A stretch of 64,000 bases of DNA, from assembly GCA_044344715.1 (NCBI GenBank), contig JBIJCI010000001.1:13713-77712 (forward strand), written 5' to 3'. The DNA comes from Ilumatobacteraceae bacterium (GTDB lineage Bacteria > Actinomycetota > Acidimicrobiia > Acidimicrobiales > Ilumatobacteraceae). Shown piece by piece: positions 17,069 through 26,332 of the stretch. A model generated the notes under the pieces. The model was given only the letters and a program-made list of their open reading frames with translations. It did no database searches and was not told the origin of the DNA. The first letter of the stretch is position 1. Every line of letters starts with the position of its first letter. The position numbers were made by a program, and so were the translations under genes.

Positions 17069-18546
17069 GACGACTTCACCGCCGTGACGTACGAGGCGAC
17101 ATCAAGTACCTGTCGTGCCGCCTTCTCCGCGAACTCGTAGAACGGGCCGGCCGCAACGGCGATGGCGATCGATGCGACGACGATGAACGTGGTCCCGGCC
17201 GCCATCAACGGTTGCCGACGCAGCAGACCGGTCGTCCCGGCACGATCGACCGGCTCGACGTCCCCCCAGAACGCGCCGACCCAGATCTTCACCATCGACA
17301 CCAATGTGAGCAGACTGACCACGATCGCGACGGTCACCCCGACGTACTGCCCATCCTCGAATCCCGCACGCAGGATCGCGAACTTCGCCAGGAACCCCGA
17401 GAGGGGTGGCAAGCCGGCGAGGCTGAGGGCCGGCACGAGGAACAGCACGGCGAGCCACGGCGAACGCCTGGCGAGTCCGCTCACCGAGTCGAGCGAACTC
17501 GATCCCGAGTCGCGCTCGATGATCCCCTCGACGAGGAAGAGCGACGTCTTCACCGGGATGTGATGGATGAGGTAGAAGATCGTCGCGGCAATCGCTGCTG
17601 CTCCCCCCACCCCGAGACCGAACACCATGTACCCGATCTGGGAGATGATGTGGAACGAAAGGATCCGCTTCATGTCCTTGTGGGAAACCGCACCGATGAC
17701 GCCGATCAGCATCGTGAGTGCGCCGACGACGACGACCAGGCCGTCGAGCTCGCCGGGGAAGAGCAGCGTCTGCACCCTGATGAGGCAGTAGACACCGACC
17801 TTCGTGAGCAACCCGGCGAACACCGCGCTCACCGAACTCGGGGCAGTGGGGTACGAGTCGGGGAGCCAGAAGAACAGCGGGAAGACCGCGGCCTTGATGC
17901 CGAACGCGAGCAGCAACAGCAACTGCAATCCCGTACGAACGCCGTCGGGAAGCGCGGCAAGACGCTCGGGCAGTTCCGCCATGTTCACGGTGCCGGTCGC
18001 CGCGAAGATCAGACCGACGGTGACGACGAGCACCATCGACTCGATCACGTTGAGCACGACGTACGTGGTGCCGGAACGGATCTGGGCGTTCGTGCCTTCG
18101 AGCGTGAGGAGGACGTAGCTGGCCATCAACAGGATCTCGAACGCGACGAACAGGTTGAAGAGGTCTCCGGCGAGGAATGCCTGCGAGATCCCGGCTGCCA
18201 TCACCATGTACACGGGGTGATACACCCACGACCGTTCGTCGGCGCTGCCCTGACCCATCGCATAGACGAGGACCGCGGTGACCACGGCGAGCGCCACGAC
18301 GACCATGACCGACGACAGGCGATCGGCGACCATCGTGATGGCGAAGTCGCCCGGCCAACCACCGAGACGCACGACCCGGACCGGGCCGCCGGTCCACGAA
18401 TCCACCAGCAACGTGATCGACGTTGCAAGCGACGCCACGAGTGCCGTGGTGCTGACCACCCGCTGGGCCCGACGATTGCGGGTGATCAGCATCACGGCCG
18501 CGGCCACCAGCGGCACGAGGATCGGCAGGGAGACGAGTGTCGTCAC
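17065..18546 (-). CDS. mrpD: Monovalent cation/H+ antiporter subunit D (NuoM/N-like)
   Basis: Proton-conducting membrane-transporter fold with about 14 TM segments. GTG at 18546 forms a GTGA overlap with the mrpC stop. The upstream part of ORF 17065..18672 is Arg/Gly-rich shadow sequence. Confidence 0.88.
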   Translation of the reverse strand: MTTLVSLPILVPLVAAAVMLITRNRRAQRVVSTTALVASLATSITLLVDSWTGGPVRVVRLGGWPGDFAITMVADRLSSVMVVVALAVVTAVLVYAMGQGSADERSWVYHPVYMVMAAGISQAFLAGDLFNLFVAFEILLMASYVLLTLEGTNAQIRSGTTYVVLNVIESMVLVVTVGLIFAATGTVNMAELPERLAALPDGVRTGLQLLLLLAFGIKAAVFPLFFWLPDSYPTAPSSVSAVFAGLLTKVGVYCLIRVQTLLFPGELDGLVVVVGALTMLIGVIGAVSHKDMKRILSFHIISQIGYMVFGLGVGGAAAIAATIFYLIHHIPVKTSLFLVEGIIERDSGSSSLDSVSGLARRSPWLAVLFLVPALSLAGLPPLSGFLAKFAILRAGFEDGQYVGVTVAIVVSLLTLVSMVKIWVGAFWGDVEPVDRAGTTGLLRRQPLMAAGTTFIVVASIAIAVAAGPFYEFAEKAARQVLDVASYVTAVKSS

Positions 18547-18938
18547 GGCTTCACATCCTCGACGTGCGGTCGGTCGGTCGCCTTCGAGCCCCGTTCGGTG
18601 CGCCGTTCGATCAGGCGGTCCTCGACGTCGTCCTCCACCTCGTCGTTGCCCGTGATCGTCCAGTTTCGCCACGCAAGGGCGAGCAGGAATGCGAGCAGGG
18701 CAAAACCAATCACGATCGCGGTGAGCACGAGTGCTTGCGGCAGTGGATCGGTGAACCCGCCTTCCCCGCCGATGATCGGCGCACGGCCGGGTCTACTGCC
18801 CACCGTGACGATCAGCACGTTGACGCCGTTGCCGAGCACACCGACACCGAGTGCGATTCGCGTGAGCGAACGCTCCATGAGGAGGTAGGTACCGGCGGCG
18901 AACAGCACGCCGACGAGTACGAGCAGCGCGACACTCAC
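18543..18938 (-). CDS. mrpC: Monovalent cation/H+ antiporter subunit C (NuoK-like)
   Basis: GTG at 18938 (GTGA overlap with the mrpB stop) gives VSVALLVLVGVLFAAGTYLLMERSLTRIALG, a NuoK/MnhC signature. It has an unusually long acidic C-terminal tail. Confidence 0.82.
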   Translation of the reverse strand: MSVALLVLVGVLFAAGTYLLMERSLTRIALGVGVLGNGVNVLIVTVGSRPGRAPIIGGEGGFTDPLPQALVLTAIVIGFALLAFLLALAWRNWTITGNDEVEDDVEDRLIERRTERGSKATDRPHVEDVKP

Positions 18939-19399
18939 GTCGAGCCCTCCCGACGATCCTGCGCAACCATCGCTCCGCGGGTACCCAGCGCCTGCAGGAT
19001 CATGAGCACCACCGCGACCACCACGAGGAACACCCCGAGATCGAAGAACATCGACGACACAACCTTCACGCCGCCGATGAGCGGAACGTCGAGCGACCAG
19101 ATGTGCGACTCGAGCGGTGCCCCGCCCACCGCGAGCGGCGAAGCGGTGGTGACGAGCGCCAGCAGGAGGCCGGCCCCCAACAACGACTGTGGGTGACGAA
19201 TCGGGCGTCCGCGAAACAAGGGCTCGCGTCCGGTCAGGTACTGCAGGACGAACACCGAACCGAGGATCAGTCCACCCGCAAAGCCGCCACCCGGGGCGTT
19301 GTGCCCGCGGAACGTTACGTAGAGCGCCACGAGGGTGGCGACCTTGGCCAGCCAACGATCGACGAGCTCGTCGAGGATCACCGAGGGAACGGTCCTCAT
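18935..19399 (-). CDS. mrpB: Monovalent cation/H+ antiporter subunit B
   Basis: The MnhB domain motif RGHNAPGGGFAGGL in a 154-aa protein. Confidence 0.82.
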   Translation of the reverse strand: MRTVPSVILDELVDRWLAKVATLVALYVTFRGHNAPGGGFAGGLILGSVFVLQYLTGREPLFRGRPIRHPQSLLGAGLLLALVTTASPLAVGGAPLESHIWSLDVPLIGGVKVVSSMFFDLGVFLVVVAVVLMILQALGTRGAMVAQDRREGST

Positions 19400-21720
19400 C
19401 GACCCACCCCACCGGTGGCCTTGTTGCGGCGCTCGCGCTCCGCGACACGCACGAGGTTGGCGACACCCAACGCGGCGACCGCGAGCACCGTGATCTCCCC
19501 CATCGTGTCGAAGCCCCGGAAGTCCACCAGGATGACGTTCACCACGTTTCGTCCGCCGGCCTCGTCGACGGATCGCGCAACGTATTCCTGCGACACCGAT
19601 GGAGCGACGCGGGCACCGTTCACCGCGAGCGCGAAGAGCGGGACCGCGATCCCCACCGCCACGGCGATCGCGATGCGGAGCGAACGCGGGCTCCAGTCGG
19701 GCGACGGGGAGAACCGGCCCGGCATCACCCGTAGTGCGAGCAGGAAGATCACCACGGACAGCGTCTCCACCAACAACTGTGTGAGCGCAAGATCGATCGC
19801 GCCGCGCATCGCGAACAAGACCGCGACCGCGTATCCGACTCCGCCGAGGAACAGGGCGGCGGCGAAACGCATCTCCACCAGCACGGCACCAAGGGCGAGC
19901 ACGGCTGCCAGTGCCACGATTACCACGGTGAGCGGGGAGTCGTCGACGAGCTCGGCGGTCGGGAACTTGCCGTCGATCACCAGCGCCGCCACCGGTGCCG
20001 CAGCGATCAATGCCACCATCACACCGACGTACATCGGGAGCGAGCCGGGTTGGATGACCCGGGTGATGCGCTTGGATGCAGCAAGAACGGCGTCATACAC
20101 GGCGTCGAAGGCGCGTTCGCCGCGCGAACCTGTCGACACTCTTGCTACGAGCGGCGCACGCCAGCCGACGACGGTCCCCACGATGATGACGGCCACCGAG
20201 ATGGTGAGCGCCGTGTTGACTCCGGGCCACAACACCAATTTGCCCGCGGCCGCCGCATCGAGCGACCTCGCGGGAGCAACGAGTAACTTGCCGAACCATG
20301 AAGCGACGAAACCGAGGAGTACCGAGGTGGCCGCGGCAAGCACAACGGGTGAAGAGAGGAGCAACGTGACGATGCGCGACGAATGATGCGGTTCGGCGCG
20401 GTGAGCCACCCCGCTCGCGGGAACCCCGATGCCGAGTACGGCGCGGAGCAACCGCGCGCTGTAGGCCACCGACAACACCGAACCCGCCACCACGCCCCAC
20501 AGTGCGAACGTTCCGGCAGGACCAACCTCGGCGTCGAGCAGTGCGACGAGCGCCTTCTCCTTCGTCACGAATCCGACCAACGGAATGACACCGGCCATCG
20601 ACAGCGTGCATGCAGCGATTGCGACGACGGTTGCGGGCACCAACTTGCGTGCCGCACCGATCCTCGAGACGTCGCGGGTGCCGAGCTCGTGGTCGATCAC
20701 TCCGATGCCGAGGAACAGACCGGCCTTGAAAACCGCGTGGGCCACAAGATGAGCGACGCCCGCGTACATGGCCAACGGCGAGCCGATCCCGAACAGCACC
20801 GTGAGCAGACCGAGTTGCGACACCGTTGAGTGCGCGAGCAGCAACTTGGCGTCGACCTGACGTAGCGCCTGCCAGCCGCCGATCAGCATCGTAACGAGGC
20901 CCGCCACCACCACCCACCAGCGCCACACGCCCTCACCGGAGAACACCGGCGACGTCCGGGCGAGCAGCACGAGACCGGCTTTGACCATCGTCGCGGAGTG
21001 CAGGTACGCGCTGACCGGTGTGGGTGCGGCCATGGCACCCGGCAACCAGAAGTGGAAGGGAAACTGCGCCGACTTCGTGAATGCGCCGAGCAACAACAGC
21101 ACCGCCGCTACTTCGGCGATCGTGCCGCTCGGGGCGAGCACCGCGAGTTCCGCGAACGACGTGGTGCCGAACTCCACCTGCAGGAGACCGACGCCACCCA
21201 GCAGGCACAGCCCGCCTGCACCCGTGGTGAGCAACGCGCGCACCGCGGACTTACGCGCCGACTCGGACGTGTCGTTCAGACCGATGAGCAGGAACGAGCA
21301 GATCGACGTGAGCTCCCAGAACACGAACATCGTGAAGAGATCCGCGGCCAGCACGAGTCCGGTCATCGAACCGGCGAAGGCCATGAACAACCCGACGAAG
21401 CGGGCGAAGGTTGCATCGTGTTCGAAGTAGCCGATGGCGTACGACAGCACCGCGAATCCGAGCACGCCCACCAGCAGGGCCATGACCACCGCGAAACCGT
21501 CGAGGGCGAACGTGAGGTCGAAGCCGAGGAGCGGGATCCACTCCACCGTCGCCCGCAACGTCGACGCCGATCCGACACCCCGCCACACCACGAGCACCGA
21601 TGTGGCGGACAGCACCGACAAGCCGACCAGGGCACCGACCGCCGGACGTCGGCGAAGTCCGGCCAACAGCAGGATCCCCGCCACGAAGTGGGCAACGACC
21701 GCAACGAAGAGCACCATCAA
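19396..21720 (-). CDS. mrpA: Monovalent cation/H+ antiporter subunit A (NuoL-like, with C-terminal MrpB-like extension)
   Basis: A 774-aa polytopic protein with a NuoL-type N-terminal region and a proton antiporter core. It is the first gene of the seven-gene operon. Confidence 0.9.
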   Translation of the reverse strand: MMVLFVAVVAHFVAGILLLAGLRRRPAVGALVGLSVLSATSVLVVWRGVGSASTLRATVEWIPLLGFDLTFALDGFAVVMALLVGVLGFAVLSYAIGYFEHDATFARFVGLFMAFAGSMTGLVLAADLFTMFVFWELTSICSFLLIGLNDTSESARKSAVRALLTTGAGGLCLLGGVGLLQVEFGTTSFAELAVLAPSGTIAEVAAVLLLLGAFTKSAQFPFHFWLPGAMAAPTPVSAYLHSATMVKAGLVLLARTSPVFSGEGVWRWWVVVAGLVTMLIGGWQALRQVDAKLLLAHSTVSQLGLLTVLFGIGSPLAMYAGVAHLVAHAVFKAGLFLGIGVIDHELGTRDVSRIGAARKLVPATVVAIAACTLSMAGVIPLVGFVTKEKALVALLDAEVGPAGTFALWGVVAGSVLSVAYSARLLRAVLGIGVPASGVAHRAEPHHSSRIVTLLLSSPVVLAAATSVLLGFVASWFGKLLVAPARSLDAAAAGKLVLWPGVNTALTISVAVIIVGTVVGWRAPLVARVSTGSRGERAFDAVYDAVLAASKRITRVIQPGSLPMYVGVMVALIAAAPVAALVIDGKFPTAELVDDSPLTVVIVALAAVLALGAVLVEMRFAAALFLGGVGYAVAVLFAMRGAIDLALTQLLVETLSVVIFLLALRVMPGRFSPSPDWSPRSLRIAIAVAVGIAVPLFALAVNGARVAPSVSQEYVARSVDEAGGRNVVNVILVDFRGFDTMGEITVLAVAALGVANLVRVAERERRNKATGGVGR

Positions 21721-21805
21721 CCGCTCAAAAGTACCAGTCCGTCACCCACCGATTCGGGACGCGGTGGCGTGACGCGCGACGCAACGGTGCTGCCACACTG
21801 AAGGG

Positions 21806-22729
21806 ATGACTGCGCAGGCGGGAAACCACCCGATCTCTCCCCTGTTCGACGCCGCGGCGTGGCGCGACGTACCGAACTTCACGTTCAACGACATCACCTA
21901 CCACAGGAGCGTCGATTCGGGAACGGTTCGCATCGCATTCAACCGACCCGAGGTGCGCAATGCATTCCGGCCACGGACGGTGGATGAGTTGTTCACCGCC
22001 CTCGATCACGCCCGCCAGACGCCCGACATCGGGTGCGTGTTGCTCACCGGCAACGGTCCGTCACCGAAGGACGGCGGTTGGGCCTTCTGCAGCGGCGGTG
22101 ACCAGCGAATTCGCGGCAGGGACGGTTACAAGTACGCCGAGGGTGACGACGCGAGCTCCATCAACGCGGCCCGCACCGGCCGGCTACACATCCTCGAGGT
22201 GCAACGACTGATTCGGTTCATGCCGAAGGTAGTCATCTGCGTGGTGCCGGGTTGGGCGGTCGGCGGCGGGCACAGCCTGCACGTCGTGTGCGACCTCACC
22301 ATCGCCAGCCGCGAGCACGCCAAGTTCAAGCAAACCGACGCCGACGTTGCCAGCTTCGACGGCGGCTACGGCTCGGCGTACCTCGCCCGCCAAGTCGGGC
22401 AGAAGTTCGCCCGCGAGATCTTCTTCCTCGGGCGGGAGTACTCCGCCGAGGAAGCGCACCGCATGGGCATGGTGAACCTCGTCGTCGACCACCACGAACT
22501 CGAATCCGTCGCACTCGGATGGGCGCGGGAGATCAACGCCAAGAGCCCGACCGCGCAACGCATGCTGAAGTTCGCGTTCAACCTGATCGACGATGGCCTG
22601 GTCGGTCAGCAGTTGTTCGCCGGCGAGGCGACGCGTTTGGCGTACATGACCGACGAGGCGCAAGAGGGGCGCGACGCCTTCCTCGAGAAGCGCGACCCGG
22701 ATTGGTCGAACTTCCCCTGGCACTTCTAG
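21806..22729 (+). CDS. menB: 1,4-dihydroxy-2-naphthoyl-CoA synthase
   Basis: A crotonase fold with MenB-specific features: IAFNRPEVRNAF, LTGNGPSPKDGGWAFCSGGDQRIRG, and the C-terminal FLEKRDPDWSNFPW. Confidence 0.92.
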   Translation: MTAQAGNHPISPLFDAAAWRDVPNFTFNDITYHRSVDSGTVRIAFNRPEVRNAFRPRTVDELFTALDHARQTPDIGCVLLTGNGPSPKDGGWAFCSGGDQRIRGRDGYKYAEGDDASSINAARTGRLHILEVQRLIRFMPKVVICVVPGWAVGGGHSLHVVCDLTIASREHAKFKQTDADVASFDGGYGSAYLARQVGQKFAREIFFLGREYSAEEAHRMGMVNLVVDHHELESVALGWAREINAKSPTAQRMLKFAFNLIDDGLVGQQLFAGEATRLAYMTDEAQEGRDAFLEKRDPDWSNFPWHF

Positions 22730-23517
22730 CAATCACCGACATCGACGACCCGCGGCTCGATCCGTTCCGCTGGCGCGAACGACGGCTCACCGGCGTACTG
22801 CAGCAGCGTGCCGGTGGACCGCTCTTCATCGCGGAGGGCGACCTCGTCACCCAGCGCGCGATGGAGGCGGGTTGCGAACCGGTCGCGGTGTTGTGCAGCG
22901 AGAAGGGCGAGGCCCGTTTGGCGGCGTTCGCACCCGACTACGAGTCCTTCTCCTACCTGACGAGCGAGGATCTGCGTCGCAGGATCACCGGGCTCGGCGT
23001 GCCGCTCGACGTGATCAGCCTCTTCAAACGTCCCGCACCCACCGACCCGTCGGCGCTGGCTGCGTCGTTCACCCGCGGGGTGCTCGTCGACCACGTCGAC
23101 AATCCGGTCAACATCGGGTCGATCACCCGGAATGCCGCCGCGCTCGGTTGGGACGCGATGTTCCTCGACGAAGAGAGCGGCGACCCGCTCGCACGGCGCG
23201 CGCTGCGGGTGTCGATGGGAAACGCCTTCCACGTGCCGTACGCCCGGGTGCCGAACGTGACCGGGTTCGTCACCGAACTGAATCGGGCCGGCGTGGCCAC
23301 CATTGCACTCACACCGTCCGCCTCGGCAACACCGCTCTCCTCGGTGCAGGTCGGCGCGTCACGCCGATTGTTGCTCTTCGGCTCGGAACGCGAGGGTTTG
23401 GATGCCGAGGTCATGGATGCGTGCTCGTACCGCGTGCGTATCGAGATGGGTGACGGCGTCGACTCCCTCAACGTGGCGGCCGCAAGCGCAATCGCCTGCT
23501 ACACGTTGCGCAGGTGA
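22702..23517 (+). CDS. TrmH/SpoU-family RNA 2'-O-methyltransferase
   Basis: SpoU_methylase motifs VDNPVNIGSITRNAAALG, LLFGSEREGL and SLNVAAASAIACY. There is no ATG. TTG 22702 or CTG 22717 are possible starts, so the 5' end is uncertain. Confidence 0.75.
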   Translation: MVELPLALLAITDIDDPRLDPFRWRERRLTGVLQQRAGGPLFIAEGDLVTQRAMEAGCEPVAVLCSEKGEARLAAFAPDYESFSYLTSEDLRRRITGLGVPLDVISLFKRPAPTDPSALAASFTRGVLVDHVDNPVNIGSITRNAAALGWDAMFLDEESGDPLARRALRVSMGNAFHVPYARVPNVTGFVTELNRAGVATIALTPSASATPLSSVQVGASRRLLLFGSEREGLDAEVMDACSYRVRIEMGDGVDSLNVAAASAIACYTLRR

Positions 23518-23885
23518 TCCGCCGCGCGAACGAAGTAGTCGCGCATCTCCGCCAGGACTTCGGCATCGCTCACGCACGATTCGAGCGCGACGTCCATGTG
23601 GGACAGCCAGCGGTCGCGCATCGACTCGTCGATCGGATAGGCGGCGTGGCGCATCCGCAGTCGTGGATGACCCCGCTCGTCGGAATAGGTCGTGGGTCCG
23701 CCCCAGTACTGCGCGAGGAAGAGTGCGAGTCGCTGCTCGGCGCCGGTGAGGTCGTCGGGCTGCGGATACAGCGCCAACAACACGGGGTCCGTCCGGACAC
23801 CGGCGTAGAAGGCACGTGCCAGTCGTTCGAAGAACCCGACACCACCGACGCGTTCGTAGACGTTCGCTGGTGGGGTGTCACTCAC
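23499..23885 (-). CDS. glbO: Group II truncated haemoglobin (trHbO)
   Basis: 128 aa. VYERVGGVGFFERL...FYAGV...LFLAQYWGGP..Y...GHPRLRMRH is the trHbO signature. The GTG start overlaps the crotonase stop (GTGA). Confidence 0.88.
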   Translation of the reverse strand: MSDTPPANVYERVGGVGFFERLARAFYAGVRTDPVLLALYPQPDDLTGAEQRLALFLAQYWGGPTTYSDERGHPRLRMRHAAYPIDESMRDRWLSHMDVALESCVSDAEVLAEMRDYFVRAADHLRNV

Positions 23886-24745
23886 GAGAACCGGGGCTCC
23901 TCCCAGTCGGGGAAGATGTCGGGCAGACTGCCCGCCACCGAGTCGGTGAACTTCGCCTCACGCTTCTCGAGGAAGCTCGTGACGCCCTCGTGTGCATCGG
24001 CACTACGACCCCGTACTTGGATGCCCCGCGAATCGACGCGGTGTGCAGTCATCGGGTGCGAGGCACCGAGCATGCGCCAGAGCATCTGTCGGGAGAGTGC
24101 CACGGATACCCCGGAGGTGTTCGCGGCGATTTCCCGGGCCAGCGACCGGGCGGCGGCCAACAGATCACCCGGATCGTGCAGCGAGCGAACCAGTCCGCCG
24201 TCGAGCGCCTCCAGTGCCGACAGGACGCGCCCGGTGTAGACCCACTCGGCGGCACGCGAGATTCCGACCACGCGCGGCAGGAACCACGACGAACAGGCCT
24301 CGGGAACGATGCCGCGACGGGTGAACACGAATCCGATGCGCGCGTTGGTCGAGGCGAGACGTACGTCCATCGGCAGGGTCATGGTGGCACCGATCCCGAC
24401 GGCTGCACCGTTGATCGCCGCGATGACCGGCTTCTTGCAGTCGAAGATGCGCAAGGTCACCTGACCACCCCCGTCACGGCGCACCCGTCGGTCGTCGGGA
24501 CCCGACCAATCGCCGTCGTCGAACGTCCGCGCGCCGCCCGACAAGTCGGCACCGGCGCAGAATGCCCTGCCGTCCCCGGTCACGATGACCGCGCGCACCG
24601 CATCGTCCGCGTCGACCGCATCGAACGCCTGCAGGAGCTCGCGCATCATCACACCCGTGAACGCATTGAGCTTCTCGGGGCGCGAGAGCGTGATTGTGGC
24701 AACGGCGTCGTCCACTTCGTAGCGGATCTCGGTGAACGCAGTCAC
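23882..24745 (-). CDS. Enoyl-CoA hydratase/isomerase (crotonase) family protein
   Basis: ITLSRPEKLNAF, VIVTGDGRAFCAGADL and AAINGAAVGIG motifs. GTG at 24745 lies 4 nt after the ftsX stop and is preferred to the ORF start at 24808. Confidence 0.82.
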   Translation of the reverse strand: MTAFTEIRYEVDDAVATITLSRPEKLNAFTGVMMRELLQAFDAVDADDAVRAVIVTGDGRAFCAGADLSGGARTFDDGDWSGPDDRRVRRDGGGQVTLRIFDCKKPVIAAINGAAVGIGATMTLPMDVRLASTNARIGFVFTRRGIVPEACSSWFLPRVVGISRAAEWVYTGRVLSALEALDGGLVRSLHDPGDLLAAARSLAREIAANTSGVSVALSRQMLWRMLGASHPMTAHRVDSRGIQVRGRSADAHEGVTSFLEKREAKFTDSVAGSLPDIFPDWEEPRFS

Positions 24746-24749
24746 GACG

Positions 24750-25655
24750 TCAGACGTCCAGGAATCGCGTGGCGGCGATCGCCGACCCAATCGCGCCGAC
24801 GGCCGCACCGAGGAGCAGTAGAACGATCATCACGCCCGACAGGTAGCCCGCCGGCACCACGAGGCTCGAGATACCCGTACCCGGCTTGAACGTGGCAACA
24901 CCACCGGTCCAGGCACCATTCAGCGCCCACAGACCGAAGCACGACACCACCCCACCGATGAGACCCTGAAGCAGTCCCTCGAGCATGAAGGGGATCCTGA
25001 TGAACCAGTTGGTGGCACCGACGAGTTTCATCACCTCGATCTCCCGCCGTCTCGCGAACATCGCCGTACGGATGGTGTTCCAGATGAGGCCGATCGCCAC
25101 CGCCAGCAGCACCAACGACATGATGAGCGTCACCGTCCGGACGAACCCCGACAGCGTGGAGATCACCTCGAACTCGTCCTCTGCCAGTGCCACGGCCTCG
25201 ACCCCGGGCAGCGTTCGGTACTGTTCGGCGAGACTCCGGACCAGGTTGGTGTCCTCGGTGAGCGGCACCACCTTGAACTGGGTCGGGATCGTCTCGGGTG
25301 TGAGCAGGCTCAATGTGACCGGGTCACCGGCGAAGATCCGTTGCGCTTCGGCGTAGCTCTCCGGCTTGTCGAGGTAGCGCAGCTTCTCCACGTCGACCAC
25401 GCTCGGCGCGGCGCGCAGGGTGCCGTCGATGAGCGCGATCTGTTCGGGTGACGCGTCGCTGCGCACGAAGACGATCATCGCCACGTCACCGCGCCATTGC
25501 AGGAGCAGGTTCTCGAATGCGCGCTGGATGAGGAATGTCGCACCGACCAGCAGCAATGCGATCGCCGACGTGAGTACGGCGGCCATCGTCAGCGTGAGGT
25601 TGCGGCGGAAGCTGGCCCACGTCTCGCGTAGCGCGTACTCGATGCGGGCGAGCAT
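24750..25655 (-). CDS. ftsX: Cell-division ABC transporter permease FtsX
   Basis: 301 aa with 4 TM segments and a large first extracytoplasmic loop. REIEVMKLVGATNWFIRIPF is the typical FtsX motif. There is a TAATG overlap with ftsE. Confidence 0.9.
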   Translation of the reverse strand: MLARIEYALRETWASFRRNLTLTMAAVLTSAIALLLVGATFLIQRAFENLLLQWRGDVAMIVFVRSDASPEQIALIDGTLRAAPSVVDVEKLRYLDKPESYAEAQRIFAGDPVTLSLLTPETIPTQFKVVPLTEDTNLVRSLAEQYRTLPGVEAVALAEDEFEVISTLSGFVRTVTLIMSLVLLAVAIGLIWNTIRTAMFARRREIEVMKLVGATNWFIRIPFMLEGLLQGLIGGVVSCFGLWALNGAWTGGVATFKPGTGISSLVVPAGYLSGVMIVLLLLGAAVGAIGSAIAATRFLDV

Positions 25656-26332
25656 TACTCGTACACCCCGCGTTCTTGATCGCGCACGACGACGCCACGG
25701 TCCAACTGAATCACGCGGCGCCGCATCATGTTCACGACCCGGTGGTCGTGGGTGGCCATGACCACGGTGGTGCCCGTCTCGTTGATCTCCCGGAGCAGCC
25801 CCATGATGCCCTCACTCGTTGCCGGGTCGAGGTTCCCGGTTGGCTCATCGGCCAGCATGATGACCGGTCGGTTGACGAAGGCCCGCGCAATCGACACGCG
25901 TTGTTGTTCGCCTCCCGACAGCTGGTTGGGAAACCGCTCCTGCTTGTCGGCGAGACCGACGAGCTCGAGCACGAACGGCACCTGCTCGCGGATGACATGG
26001 CGCGGCTTGCCGATGACCTCCAACGCGAAGGCCACGTTCTCGAAGACCGTCTTGTTCATCAGGAGTTTGTAGTCCTGGAAGACGTTGCCCAGCGTCCGTC
26101 GCAGGTAGGGCACCCGCGACGGCGCCATCGTGGACACGTTGCGGCCGGCGACCCACACGTCACCCTCGGTTGCCAGTTCCTCGCGGCTCATCAGTCGCAG
26201 CAACGTGGACTTCCCCGAACCCGACGGGCCGACCAGGAAGACGAAGTCGCCCTTGGCCACGGCGAACGACACGTCGTCGACGGCCAGGGTGTCGGCTCCG
26301 TAGACCTTGGTGACGTTCTCGAGGGTGATCAT
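25655..26332 (-). CDS. ftsE: Cell-division ATP-binding protein FtsE
   Basis: Walker A GPSGSGKST, the ABC signature LSGGEQQRV and Walker B IMLADEPT. Confidence 0.93.
   Translation of the reverse strand: MITLENVTKVYGADTLAVDDVSFAVAKGDFVFLVGPSGSGKSTLLRLMSREELATEGDVWVAGRNVSTMAPSRVPYLRRTLGNVFQDYKLLMNKTVFENVAFALEVIGKPRHVIREQVPFVLELVGLADKQERFPNQLSGGEQQRVSIARAFVNRPVIMLADEPTGNLDPATSEGIMGLLREINETGTTVVMATHDHRVVNMMRRRVIQLDRGVVVRDQERGVYE

Noticed and set aside
22252-22701. The upstream 150 codons of ORF 22252..23517, as part of the TrmH-family gene.
   Set aside because: This part overlaps menB in another frame and is Arg/Pro-rich. The methyltransferase domain begins only after the menB stop, and the exact non-ATG start remains uncertain.
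23882-24750. The smpB-ssrA (tmRNA) pair that follows prfB-ftsE-ftsX in many Actinobacteria.
   Set aside because: The gene after ftsX is a crotonase-family enzyme. No SmpB-like ORF or tmRNA-like sequence (tRNA-Ala-like ends, tag reading frame) is visible here.
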